The notes: generated from the sequence alone by a model not told the origin. Positions 18,592-28,288 are shown, counted from the stretch's first letter. The stretch is 64,000 nucleotides of DNA from Bdellovibrionales bacterium (GCA_016786465.1 JAEUWC010000029.1:82363-146362); one strand, 5' to 3'. Numbers and translations are program-made.

Positions 18592-19749
18592 TTACTTTCG
18601 CGCAAGACGGATCGTCTTGCCTTCGACTTCCAACCAAAGCGCCGAACAATCTTGGTCTGGCATCGGTTCGCTTTCGGGGTCATCACTGGGCAATTTTTTC
18701 TTCAGCTGATAGGTGAACTCGTTCAGAAGCTCTGCGCCATCCTTTTCAGTTTGCGTCGCCAAGAAAGCTTCGATCGCCGAATCGCCCCCCACTGCGTCAG
18801 AAAATCCATCCGAAAGCAGCAAAAACCGATCGCCCGGTTCCAAGTGAACCAGTTCATCCTTCTGACCGGAAAGGCCCTGGGACGAAAGCTTCAGCGCGGT
18901 ACCGCTGGATCCCAAGCGCTTCCAAGGCTTTCCACGTTCTGCGTGGAAGACGCCGATGCTTCCGTAGCTGCAATAAGAAAGTTCCATTTTCCTTTTGTCC
19001 AGGCGGCCAAAGAACAATGAAAGATGGTCTTTTTCGGAAAGGGTCGCCACCAAGTCTTGATGGATCGTCGCGATGGTTCTTGACGAAGAATTTTTGTCTT
19101 CTAGGGTCAACCGAGAAGCCAAGCGCGCCAAAACAGCAAGAACTGCGCTTGAAAGCCCATAGCTTGAAGCATCGGTCATCACCAGATTCAGCGACATTTG
19201 ATCGGAAGATTCGGCCAGATCAAAGAAGTCGCCACCTGACTTCATGCCTGCAAAGTAACGATTCTGAATCTGAAATCCCCGAGCCGCAAAGCGAACGGGC
19301 AATCGCCGTTTTTGAAGTCGTTCGGCCAATTTCAAATCTTCTTTTAGGCCTTCAATCGCTTGGCTGACGGATGCGTTCAGATGATGGACTTCTTCCCACA
19401 TCAGAATCTGCTGCAGGGTCTTTAAGCGGCTTCGCAGTTCAAGCCTGCGAAACGGAAAAACCAAGACGTCATCCACCCAGCCGCTTTCCAAAAGAGGCGT
19501 CGATTGAAGCTTCTCGTTCACTGCTAAGTAAATAGCCCGACCGCGACGATCCAGTTGATCAACCCGCTTTTTCACCGAATCAGAAATCCGAACACCATCT
19601 GAAGTTCCATCGACCAAAACAATCGCCCCGACTTCGGGTTCTGTTTGAAACGAATTCACTTCGACGCCGCTTGGGCAGATGGCCGACAGTTCGCGCGCAA
19701 GCGCTTTTTCTTCGGCTGCAGTTTCCGAAAGCACTGAAATTTTGATCAT
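18592..19749 (-). CDS. PP2C/SpoIIE-family phosphatase with N-terminal receiver-like (probably pseudo-receiver) domain
   Basis: 385 aa. GGDFFDL and LLLSDGFSD are PP2C/SpoIIE motifs. The N-terminal ~120 aa look like a CheY fold but lack the acidic DD pair. Confidence 0.7.
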   Translation of the reverse strand: MIKISVLSETAAEEKALARELSAICPSGVEVNSFQTEPEVGAIVLVDGTSDGVRISDSVKKRVDQLDRRGRAIYLAVNEKLQSTPLLESGWVDDVLVFPFRRLELRSRLKTLQQILMWEEVHHLNASVSQAIEGLKEDLKLAERLQKRRLPVRFAARGFQIQNRYFAGMKSGGDFFDLAESSDQMSLNLVMTDASSYGLSSAVLAVLARLASRLTLEDKNSSSRTIATIHQDLVATLSEKDHLSLFFGRLDKRKMELSYCSYGSIGVFHAERGKPWKRLGSSGTALKLSSQGLSGQKDELVHLEPGDRFLLLSDGFSDAVGGDSAIEAFLATQTEKDGAELLNEFTYQLKKKLPSDDPESEPMPDQDCSALWLEVEGKTIRLARK

Positions 19750-19755
19750 ATGAAC

Positions 19756-20847
19756 TTAGAAAGCTCTCACTTGATATTGCATCATGAACCGCGCGTCGCG
19801 ATTGGATCGAAACGTTTGGCCCAGTTCCACGGTGTAATACGAAATATGAAATTCTGCGTTCTTGCGTTCAAAGCCGATTCCGGCTGATGGATACCCGCCA
19901 TAAGCTAGGCCCATTCGCAAAAAGAACGAATTTCGAAAATCAAATTCTAAGCCCGTGTTGATTCTGGAAAGGACGGGGGTTCCTGACGAATCGGAAAAAT
20001 CATTCCAAACCACGCCCCAGTGAATGGTTCCACCATTTCCAAGCTTAGGGTGAATGGTGAAGGCCAAGTCCATGGACATCGGCTGACGCGCCGGGGCCCC
20101 AGGCGAATTCTGGGCTACCGGAAACAAAGTAAAGCTACCAAAGTTCAGGCCCAAAACGTTTCGGGCGACAAAGTCGAACTGCGGCAGAAACGCTACTGGG
20201 AAGGTCAGCGTCGCGCCGAAGTTATGCGAAAGGCCCGATCCCTGCGCAATTCCTTCTCGGTAACTGAGCGGGGTGGAAGCCGACGAAACAGTTCTTTCAC
20301 CTGTCGCCTGGTTCACCCACTGAAGCACGTATCCCAGGCGAAGGACTCCTTCGCCCAGGTTCAAACCGTAACCGGCGGTCGGAACCAACAAATAGTTGGA
20401 CCGATAAAGCAGGTTCCCGTTTGAAAAACTTTGTCCGTCGACTTCGGATCGGGCCAAAAGACCGAAAGCAAAGCCACGGGTCGCAAATGCGCTATGAATT
20501 TGGAATCCAGCGCTATGGTAAGTGTTCAAATCTTTATTCAATGCCGGAAGATAGCTTGAAAGGCTGAATACATTGATTGAATCCAAGCCGAAGTTTCCGA
20601 AATAATGATCATTCCCCATCAACGCAAAACTGATGGGTTCAAAGTGCGGACCGCGGATCGCACTGATGGCAGACGGATTGTAGAAAAGCGCGCCCATTCC
20701 GTCTTCGGCTACCCCAAGGTAAGCGTCGCCCATCCCGGCGGCACGTGCGGCGCGGTAGCGACTTCCTGGAATCGGGCCTTCTGCGGCCGAAACAGACTGG
20801 GTAAATAATGCGATCAGCGAAAGTACTGAAAATCCCAAACGGATCAT
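19756..20847 (-). CDS. Outer-membrane beta-barrel protein (PorV/TraF/FadL-like motif)
   Basis: The ATG at 20847 gives signal peptide MIRLGFSVLSLIALFTQSVSA. The motif GMGDAYLGVAEDGMGALFYNPSAI is present and the C-terminus ends YQVRAF. The 483-aa track version adds 120 aa with no signal logic. Confidence 0.55.
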   Translation of the reverse strand: MIRLGFSVLSLIALFTQSVSAAEGPIPGSRYRAARAAGMGDAYLGVAEDGMGALFYNPSAISAIRGPHFEPISFALMGNDHYFGNFGLDSINVFSLSSYLPALNKDLNTYHSAGFQIHSAFATRGFAFGLLARSEVDGQSFSNGNLLYRSNYLLVPTAGYGLNLGEGVLRLGYVLQWVNQATGERTVSSASTPLSYREGIAQGSGLSHNFGATLTFPVAFLPQFDFVARNVLGLNFGSFTLFPVAQNSPGAPARQPMSMDLAFTIHPKLGNGGTIHWGVVWNDFSDSSGTPVLSRINTGLEFDFRNSFFLRMGLAYGGYPSAGIGFERKNAEFHISYYTVELGQTFRSNRDARFMMQYQVRAF

Positions 20848-20988
20848 CGATTCAATTGTAGCGCAGAGTCTTAACCGGGCCGAGCAGATTTCTGCTTGGC
20901 CCAAGACGACACCTGGCATTTCGTCAAAGCGCTGACTGCGACTGTCGAAAGATTCAACATTCCAAGTCGCCCCGCCGATCAGTGATCC

Positions 20989-21666
20989 GTGAGTCGTGCA
21001 GCGAACAATGTCGCGCCCATCCGCTGGGGCGATATACCAGACTGGGCCGTTTCGATTTCTCAGGCGCTTCTCAAGGCGCTTCGCGAGCGCGATCCCTACA
21101 CTTATGGCCATTGCCGCCGCGTTTCGACCTATGCGCGGCTTTTGGCGCAGGCCGTAGGCCTGAATGAATACGAACAGAAAGTGACCGAGTATTCGGCGCT
21201 TTTTCACGACCTAGGCAAGATCGGAATCCCAGATTCGATTCTTTTAAAGCCAGGTCGATTGACGCCCGACGAGGAAAAAATCATGCGCCTTCACCCCGTG
21301 AAAAGCGCTGAAATCGTCGAACCGCTGAAAGTTTTGCCCTTCTTTGAAGCGACCCTTCCGGGGATCTTGCACCACCACGAACGTATGGATGGCGCGGGCT
21401 ATCCGAACGGGGTCATGGGTGAACAGATTCCGTTGATCGCCCGAGTCCTATTGATCGCAGACACCTTTGATGCCATGACCACAACCCGCCCGTACCGTAA
21501 GGGACTAGACCGCGAAATCGCTTACAAGGAACTTCGCAACTTTGCCGGCCGGCAGTTTGACCCACGCTTGGTCGAAATTTTTCTGAAAGCGCATCCCACC
21601 TGGGGAACCGTCGAAGAAGAAATTTCCGAACTTTTCATTTCCAGCAACTTTAAGCGGGTAGCGTAA
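20989..21666 (+). CDS. HD-GYP domain protein (c-di-GMP phosphodiesterase family)
   Basis: 225 aa with a GTG start. Contains HCRRVS...FHDLGKIGIP...HHHERMDGAGYP. Confidence 0.8.
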   Translation: MSRAANNVAPIRWGDIPDWAVSISQALLKALRERDPYTYGHCRRVSTYARLLAQAVGLNEYEQKVTEYSALFHDLGKIGIPDSILLKPGRLTPDEEKIMRLHPVKSAEIVEPLKVLPFFEATLPGILHHHERMDGAGYPNGVMGEQIPLIARVLLIADTFDAMTTTRPYRKGLDREIAYKELRNFAGRQFDPRLVEIFLKAHPTWGTVEEEISELFISSNFKRVA

Positions 21667-22783
21667 CTTTCATACTGACTTCGGCGACGACGGAATCTGG
21701 AACCAAGGCGCCGCCTTTCAGTTCCAGCCCCAGCCATTCCTGAACCAGTGCATCGCCTGCGACCACGGGGCGAAAATGGCTGGCCATGTTTGAAGCCACC
21801 GAGATGATCGACGCCAAAAGAAAGTGATTCTTTTCGCCTTTTAAAAGGTGCGGATGGTGGTGGTGCAGAATCGCCTTTTCCATCTGACGAAAGACTTTAA
21901 AGCCGTGGCATGCCATCACGCTTAGCACCGCGTGATTCACACCGTACTGCTGATTTTCAGCAAAGAAACGCAGGGGCCTTCCTGTCTGAAGTTTCTTGAT
22001 GCCGTCTTGAAACTTGACGTAAGTCGGGTCAATCATCGCAAAAGCGACTTTGCCGATGTCATGAAGAAGGCACGCGGGGATCACCAGTTTCTTGTATGAA
22101 AAATCAGGGACCCTTTTCATCAATTCAAAACCGATTGCCGCTGATTGAAGACTGTGGGTGAAGACCTGTTGAATATAAGTGCGAAACTTTCGGTGGTGCT
22201 CTTTGAATTCGTCGCTTTCACGGTCATTTTTTCCCAAGATCGGAGTAATCCAGTCTTCGGAAATCCAATGAAGCATGTCGAAAATCATTCCAGCAGCAAA
22301 CGCCACATCCGGAGTAATCGGCCGTTCCTTGATGGGAATCGAGTTCACCCAATCTTCGCAACGAAGCGCAAAATAAAGCTTCTGGGTCGGGTCAAATTTG
22401 GTCTCGCCGCTGGCATCTAATTCAGGATGGGCCAGGTGGGATGAACGGTAGCTTTGCAGCGCCAAAATCAGATTGCGGCTGTTCTGCATTCCCAAAAGAA
22501 CGACGCCCGAATCCAGGCTCGCGAATTCTTTTCGTTTGGAACGAAACTTCAAAACCCTTTCAAAAAGCTGAAGGTAATAAGGATTCAGCTTCAAGGCATT
22601 CACGATCCGTTCGGCTTTGACATCCGGGGTCGCAAACGCTTCCAGAATGGTTTGGCTCAATGTCTTTAGGGAAAGACGGGGCGCCAATTCGTTGACAAAA
22701 ACCAGGTAAGGTTTGGCTTCGAAGGGTGGCTTCTTTAAGTGCGCAAATGACGTGATCTTTTGCTCAAGGGTCAGCTCGGCCAT
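21650..22783 (-). CDS. HDOD-like signal-transduction protein
   Basis: 377 aa. Contains LLHDIGKVAF and a degenerate HD-related helical domain. Its 3' end overlaps the convergent HD-GYP gene by 17 nt. Confidence 0.5.
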   Translation of the reverse strand: MAELTLEQKITSFAHLKKPPFEAKPYLVFVNELAPRLSLKTLSQTILEAFATPDVKAERIVNALKLNPYYLQLFERVLKFRSKRKEFASLDSGVVLLGMQNSRNLILALQSYRSSHLAHPELDASGETKFDPTQKLYFALRCEDWVNSIPIKERPITPDVAFAAGMIFDMLHWISEDWITPILGKNDRESDEFKEHHRKFRTYIQQVFTHSLQSAAIGFELMKRVPDFSYKKLVIPACLLHDIGKVAFAMIDPTYVKFQDGIKKLQTGRPLRFFAENQQYGVNHAVLSVMACHGFKVFRQMEKAILHHHHPHLLKGEKNHFLLASIISVASNMASHFRPVVAGDALVQEWLGLELKGGALVPDSVVAEVSMKVTLPA

Positions 22784-22848
22784 CTGAGTTCAGGATAAGT
22801 GTCCAAAAGGCCTTTGTCGAACTTCTTAATCGAAGTTAGACTTTCTTT

Positions 22849-23466
22849 ATGAAGCTAAAGTTATCTGAACAAACTGGGGTTCAGGTTCTGGTCGTTTCCG
22901 AAGACGTGCCGGTTCAACAGGCTGCAGTCCTTCGCGCAGGCTTCATCAAAATTGCCGCATCGGGACCAGGGAAAAAGAAATTCGTGATCGATCTAACGCA
23001 GACAACGACCATTGAACCCGCGGCATGGAATGAACTTCTTTCCATCGCAAAAACCGCAGAAGACCAAGGCGCGGTCTGCGTCTTTGTCAGTAAGCAAGCG
23101 GACATGACCCCAACAAACGACCCCAAGGCCGCAGTGGAAGCATTCAAAGGGGATCTGGCGCGGCTTTGGCACAATCAAAGCCTTTTGACGTTTCAACTTC
23201 ACGCGTATCGAAAACTGGCCAGCGAAGCCAAAGCGAAGCTTGCGAAAGTGGATTTGAAAACCGTTCACAAGATTCGGACCGAACACAGCGAAGTCACTGC
23301 CCTGATCACGGAACTGGAAAGCCAGATTCAGACTGCATTTGAAAGCACCCGTGTTCAGGAAGCGCCTTTCGCGGATACTTCCGACGGAAAAAACATCGCC
23401 AGCATTGCGGACCAAGCGCTGAGCTTTAAGTCCGCATGGGTCACCACGAGGCCAAGTCCGACATGA
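22849..23466 (+). CDS. STAS-like N-terminal domain protein with coiled-coil C-terminus, hypothetical
   Basis: 205 aa. The N-terminal ~85 aa resemble an anti-sigma-antagonist (STAS) fold pattern. The C-terminus is heptad-rich. Confidence 0.45.
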   Translation: MKLKLSEQTGVQVLVVSEDVPVQQAAVLRAGFIKIAASGPGKKKFVIDLTQTTTIEPAAWNELLSIAKTAEDQGAVCVFVSKQADMTPTNDPKAAVEAFKGDLARLWHNQSLLTFQLHAYRKLASEAKAKLAKVDLKTVHKIRTEHSEVTALITELESQIQTAFESTRVQEAPFADTSDGKNIASIADQALSFKSAWVTTRPSPT

Positions 23467-23906
23467 GCGGAGACGCAAAAAAGCCACCGTCAGCCGCGCC
23501 GATACCTGCGACTTCCGCCGCGACTTCTGCCGCGCCCAACCCCGCCAACGCCAACGCGCAGCCTGCGGCAGCACCGCCTGCGCTAGATCCGATCAGCCTA
23601 GCCCAGCAGAAGAACGAAGAACTAAGCCGCCTGGTTGCCGAAGCTGAAACTGAATATCGAAAGCTGGATAGCCGAATTCAGAACTTGGCTTCGCCGGAAA
23701 CGACCAAACGTGTTCGCGAATTGAAGCCACTGAAGGAACGACTGGTCGTATTGGAAAAGATTCTTTTAACGCTTCTGATGAGTTCACTTGAACCCAGAAA
23801 CGAGGAAGAAAGAAAGATCGAGCGGGAAGCTTTACGAATCGCAACCGTTCAGTACTGCAAAGCAAATAAAATCGAGGCCGCACTATGGAAAAGCATCGAA
23901 TCTTAG
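23463..23906 (+). CDS. Ala/Pro-rich plus coiled-coil protein, hypothetical
   Basis: The ATG at 23463 overlaps the upstream stop (ATGA). Sequence starts MSGDAKKPPSAAPIPATSAATSAAP... and continues as coiled coil. The 3' end overlaps the response-regulator start by 22 nt. Confidence 0.4.
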   Translation: MSGDAKKPPSAAPIPATSAATSAAPNPANANAQPAAAPPALDPISLAQQKNEELSRLVAEAETEYRKLDSRIQNLASPETTKRVRELKPLKERLVVLEKILLTLLMSSLEPRNEEERKIEREALRIATVQYCKANKIEAALWKSIES

Positions 23907-24562
23907 TCATCGAAGATAACGCCGATACGCGCCGATTTCTTGAAGCCATGCTGAGCAAGGAATTCGAAGTCATATCGGCGGAAAACGCCGTGATCGGAAT
24001 CGACTACGCACGGAACCGTTCCCCAAGCGTGATTCTTTTGGACATCATGCTTCCGATTCTGAGCGGATACGACGCGTGCAGCCTGATCAAGAAAGACGAA
24101 AAGACCAAGAACATCCCCGTGATTTTCTTATCGGCCAAGAATGCTCCGACCGACATCACCCAAGGCCTGACGTACGGTGCGGACGATTACATCCCTAAGC
24201 CTTTTGATTACAACGAACTTCTGGCGCGAATCAAAGCCCGCCTTCGCAAGGGCAACGAAAACGTAACGTCCCCCATTCTGGTGGGCGACCTAAAGATCGA
24301 TCCAGGACTTCGCGAAGCGGTCTTTGCTGGCAAGAAAGCCCAGCTGACCTTGACTGAATTCGATATCCTTCGCTGCCTGGCTTCGAAAGCCGGCAGCGTC
24401 GTTTCGCGCGAAGACATTTTGAAAGAAGTCTGGCAAGAAGCTTCGGGCAAAACCAGCGATCGTACGATTGATGTGCACATCCGTGCGCTTCGACGGAAAA
24501 TCCCGGCGCTGACCAAGCACATTATTTCAATTTATGGAGTGGGTTACCGCTACGAAAAGTAA
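23885..24562 (+). CDS. OmpR-family response regulator (receiver plus winged helix)
   Basis: 225 aa. Canonical receiver residues are present (IEDN, LLDIMLP, LSAK, KPF). The C-terminus ends ...GVGYRY. Confidence 0.9.
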   Translation: MEKHRILVIEDNADTRRFLEAMLSKEFEVISAENAVIGIDYARNRSPSVILLDIMLPILSGYDACSLIKKDEKTKNIPVIFLSAKNAPTDITQGLTYGADDYIPKPFDYNELLARIKARLRKGNENVTSPILVGDLKIDPGLREAVFAGKKAQLTLTEFDILRCLASKAGSVVSREDILKEVWQEASGKTSDRTIDVHIRALRRKIPALTKHIISIYGVGYRYEK

Positions 24563-24575
24563 CGGGCTTGGCGGT

Positions 24576-26822
24576 TTAACGAATTCCCAGACGTTCTTCG
24601 ATATTCGCCACACGACCATCTGAAATCGTCACCGAAATCGATTTTTCCATACCTAGGGCTTCGTTCACCAATCGGATTTGATAGGTCCCCACCGGTAGCT
24701 TTTCGTTTTCCAACGGCGTCTTTCGCACCCAAGGTTTGCCTTCGATCAGAATAATTGCGTCCGCCATCGGCGTGGTTCGAATCGTAAGAAAACCAAAACG
24801 CGTGGGTTCCATTGCGACGTCCACCGGCCATTCACGCGCCCCGTTTAGCTGCTTGGAATCGATGACGAACTCGCGGCGATAGGGCTTGAATCCGTTTCGA
24901 TTCACGACCAATTCCAAAGGCGAATCCAGCGGAACTTGGACGGAAAGATTATCTGGATCCAAGGACTGACCGTTTAAGGTCACCGTGAATCCACCGCCGC
25001 CCGGGACCACGTTCAGTTTCAAAACAACCGCGCGCGATGGGTCCGTGCCCGCAATGATTTGGGGCGCACCTGCCACGGAAGTCTTGACGCCTGTATTCAT
25101 CCCATTTTCATTTGGATTGATTGGGCGGTCAGCAAAAACGACAGGCACGCTTTTGCGTTCACCCTTTTTTAAAGTGAATTCCTGCGCAAACCGACCTTGC
25201 GACCCGACGACTTGTACGGTGAAGGAAGTCCCAACAGGTACACCCGAAACCGTGTACGGCAGTTTTTGGGAAACCGTCTGCCCATTCAGCATGACGACGA
25301 CGTCGGTGGCCTGGCCTTCCAAAGTCAGCTGGGCTTCACCACTGGTGCCCACCGAACTAGAAAGCATGTCGCTTAGGTATGGAATTCGAATTCCGTATTC
25401 AGGCCCCAAAAAGGCGACTGCGACCAAGCCCACAGCCCCAATCAAAAGGGGCTTCATCAAACCCGAATCGCCGCCGCCGCCGGCTTGCGTCTGTCCAGTC
25501 TGTGAAGTTCGCGCTCCCGACGGCATCGGACGGGCCACACCCGAACCCGTGCCGCGCGACTGATTCGGCATGGGCACAGCCTGGGGATTCGGCCTGGGTT
25601 GGCCCCCTGCCCCGGTAACGCCGCCGACGTTCAAGCCTTGCGGCGCCCGCGCCATGTCGATTTCAACTTTTTCGTTCTTGCCCGGCTTACCGATGTCCAA
25701 GACCCGCGTGATTCCCGTAGGCTTTCTTCCGCCGGGATAAGTGTTTTCTTCACTTGGGTCAGGCGGACGATCGCCCGATGACGACGAACCCGAACCGCCG
25801 CGACCGCCATCCGTGACCATGATCGACAAAAGTTCGTCCGCGCGTTCGCTTAAACGTTGAAGATTCTTTCGGTCTTCGACGATCTCGGCTTTGAAAAGTT
25901 CTTTGACCTGATACGAAAGATCGCCCGGATTAAAATCCGGGAACGAACTGTACAGAAACTTGTGTAGCGCGCGTTGCATTTCTTCGCCGGTTTGGTAGCG
26001 GCTTTCGCGCTGCTTGGCCAGACACTTCAAGACAATGTAATCCAGTTCCTTGGGAACCTTGGGATTCAAGGTCGAAGGGGGTTTGACGTGGGTTGCGCAT
26101 GCTTCGATCAGCTTTAGAATCGCCAGATCGTTTTCGCCGGCGAAAAGTTTGCGCCCCGTCAGCAGTTCCCAAAGCACAATCCCCAGCGCAAAAATATCCG
26201 ATCGACCATCCAGGGTGTCGCCGCTGATTTGTTCAGGCGACAGGTAACTGGGTTTTCCTTTGATCACGCCCGCGCGCGTGCTTTCTTGGTTCGACGCGGC
26301 TTTCGCAATTCCGAAGTCGATGACTTTTACGGTTCCATCATACGAAACTAGAATGTTCTGCGGGCTGATGTCACGGTGAACGATGTTCAGCGAAACGCCG
26401 GTGACTTTATCGCGAAAGCTATGAGCGTAATGAAGCCCGGCTGCGGCTTGTTCGATGATTGAAACCGCGAATTCAACGGGAAAACTTTGCTTCAGTTCTG
26501 CAAAACGCGCCAAGAACTGGCGAAGGTTTTTTCCGTCGACCAATTCCATGGCGATGTAAGGCTGATTTTCTTCTTCACCGAAATCATAAAGCTGCACGAT
26601 ATTGGGGTGATTGAACCCCATGGTGACTTTGATTTCGGATTTAAACATTTGGTAGAATTCACTTTGCCCGCCAAAGCCGGCTTGAATTCGCTTAATGACC
26701 AGGATTCGGCCCGCGCCTTCTGGACTTGCCAAACGTGCGCGATTGATTTCAGCCATGCCGCCCTGGGCGATATGGTCCAAAAGAAAGTAACGACCAAACT
26801 TTTTAAGAACTTCGGCGCCCAT
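24576..26822 (-). CDS. Ser/Thr protein kinase with TM segment and C-terminal PEGA domains
   Basis: 748 aa. Kinase motifs HRDISPQNILV, DFGIAK and SPEQ. TM segment LLIGAVGLVAVAFLG. Several PEGA-like beta modules follow. Confidence 0.85.
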   Translation of the reverse strand: MGAEVLKKFGRYFLLDHIAQGGMAEINRARLASPEGAGRILVIKRIQAGFGGQSEFYQMFKSEIKVTMGFNHPNIVQLYDFGEEENQPYIAMELVDGKNLRQFLARFAELKQSFPVEFAVSIIEQAAAGLHYAHSFRDKVTGVSLNIVHRDISPQNILVSYDGTVKVIDFGIAKAASNQESTRAGVIKGKPSYLSPEQISGDTLDGRSDIFALGIVLWELLTGRKLFAGENDLAILKLIEACATHVKPPSTLNPKVPKELDYIVLKCLAKQRESRYQTGEEMQRALHKFLYSSFPDFNPGDLSYQVKELFKAEIVEDRKNLQRLSERADELLSIMVTDGGRGGSGSSSSGDRPPDPSEENTYPGGRKPTGITRVLDIGKPGKNEKVEIDMARAPQGLNVGGVTGAGGQPRPNPQAVPMPNQSRGTGSGVARPMPSGARTSQTGQTQAGGGGDSGLMKPLLIGAVGLVAVAFLGPEYGIRIPYLSDMLSSSVGTSGEAQLTLEGQATDVVVMLNGQTVSQKLPYTVSGVPVGTSFTVQVVGSQGRFAQEFTLKKGERKSVPVVFADRPINPNENGMNTGVKTSVAGAPQIIAGTDPSRAVVLKLNVVPGGGGFTVTLNGQSLDPDNLSVQVPLDSPLELVVNRNGFKPYRREFVIDSKQLNGAREWPVDVAMEPTRFGFLTIRTTPMADAIILIEGKPWVRKTPLENEKLPVGTYQIRLVNEALGMEKSISVTISDGRVANIEERLGIR

Positions 26823-28288
26823 TAGCTAGCGCCCCCGTTTTTTAATTCATCCAAAAGCTTTGGGATGAAGCCACCAAAACCACCGTTGGAAAGAACCGCG
26901 ACGACATCCCCTTTTCGACATGCCTTGGCTACTTGAACAACGCCGCCTTCGACGGTTTCCATCAAATGCGCGGGGACACCTTTTTTTGCGATGTCATCAA
27001 CCAACTGATCGCTTGAAAACTGATCCGCTTCATTGATTTTGGTTTGATCATACGGCTTGGCGATAAAGACTTCGTTGGCTTCAAAAAACGCGTCGGCGTA
27101 ATCCTTTTGAAAAACCTTGCGGCGCGAAGTCGCGCTTCGGGGTTCAAAGACCGAAATCATTCGGCGCCCAGGGTACTTCGTCTTTAGTGCCTTCAGTGTT
27201 TCGCGAACCGCAGTCGGGTGATGGGCAAAGTCATCGATGACCAGGACACCCTTCACTTCTCCGCGTTCTTCTTGGCGACGTTTGACGCCGCGAAACTTTC
27301 CCATTCCGTCGGCAATCGCCTGATCCGAAATCCCAAGCCCTTTGCAAACCAACCAAACGGCGATCGCGTTCAGTACGTTGTGAAGCCCGGGCAACTGGAT
27401 CGAAAGATTTGCGACGACTTTTCCACCGGCGTCTTGGTCGCAGATTTCAAAACAGTTGAAAGCCACGCCCGATTTGTTTTCAGTCCAGATTTTTCCAGGA
27501 ACGTAGCGAGCTCCGGTTTCCTTTTTTGCGCCATAGGTCGTGACCGGTACTTTCGCTCGCGGCAAAAGGCCTTTGATTTCTGCGAAATCCAAGCAGGCAA
27601 TCAAACGTCCCCCTGGACGAATGCGATCCAAAAGGCCTTCGAAGGCTTTCAGAACATGTCCCATGGTTGGATAAATGTCGGCGTGATCGTATTCGACCGA
27701 AGTCAGAACCACGTCATCCGGAAGGTAATGATTGAACTTCGGAACCTTGTCCCAATAGGCCGTATCGTATTCGTCGCCTTCTAGGACAAAAACGTTTCCT
27801 TTTTCCAGGTTTGCCGCCTGAAAGCTATGCGGAAGATCGCTGGAAACACCGCCAATGAAGTAATTTGGATTCTTCCCGCACTGAACTAAAGTGAAGGCCA
27901 GCAGACTGGATGTCGTCGTTTTTCCGTGCGTACCCGACACGACCAGATTTCGGGTATTGGGAAGCATCAGATTTTCCATCGCTTCGGGAAGCGAAGTGTA
28001 GCGAATTTTGGCCGCGATCACGGCTTGAATTTCTGGGTTGCTTGGGCTGATCACGTTGCCGACCACCACCAAATCAGGTGTGGACGGAAGCTTGGAAAGA
28101 TTGTCCGCGCTGTAACCCGAAATCAGGGTCACACCCGCTTGCTTCAAGACGTCGCTCATCGGCGGGTAAACGTTCTGGTCACTTCCAGTGACCTGGATTC
28201 CACTTCTTTTCAGAAAAGCGGCGAACGCTCCCATTAAGGTTCCGCAAACCCCAATGATATGAACGTGTTTCAAATCAGAAAGTTTCAT
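26822..28288 (-). CDS. mpl: UDP-N-acetylmuramate:L-alanyl-gamma-D-glutamyl-meso-DAP ligase (murein peptide ligase)
   Basis: Close collinear similarity to E. coli Mpl as I recall it (HIIGVCGTLMG, NVYPPMSD, GTHGKTTT, EGDEYDTAY, EYDHADIY, DDFAHHPTA, SNGGFGGF). The ATG at 28288 is preferred over the TTG at 28294. Its stop overlaps the kinase start by 1 nt. Confidence 0.9.
   Translation of the reverse strand: MKLSDLKHVHIIGVCGTLMGAFAAFLKRSGIQVTGSDQNVYPPMSDVLKQAGVTLISGYSADNLSKLPSTPDLVVVGNVISPSNPEIQAVIAAKIRYTSLPEAMENLMLPNTRNLVVSGTHGKTTTSSLLAFTLVQCGKNPNYFIGGVSSDLPHSFQAANLEKGNVFVLEGDEYDTAYWDKVPKFNHYLPDDVVLTSVEYDHADIYPTMGHVLKAFEGLLDRIRPGGRLIACLDFAEIKGLLPRAKVPVTTYGAKKETGARYVPGKIWTENKSGVAFNCFEICDQDAGGKVVANLSIQLPGLHNVLNAIAVWLVCKGLGISDQAIADGMGKFRGVKRRQEERGEVKGVLVIDDFAHHPTAVRETLKALKTKYPGRRMISVFEPRSATSRRKVFQKDYADAFFEANEVFIAKPYDQTKINEADQFSSDQLVDDIAKKGVPAHLMETVEGGVVQVAKACRKGDVVAVLSNGGFGGFIPKLLDELKNGGAS

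Noticed and set aside
20848-21207. N-terminal 120-aa extension of the outer-membrane protein ORF (track 19756..21207)
   Set aside because: The extension has no signal peptide and overlaps the HD-GYP gene on the opposite strand. The internal ATG at 20847 gives a canonical signal peptide.
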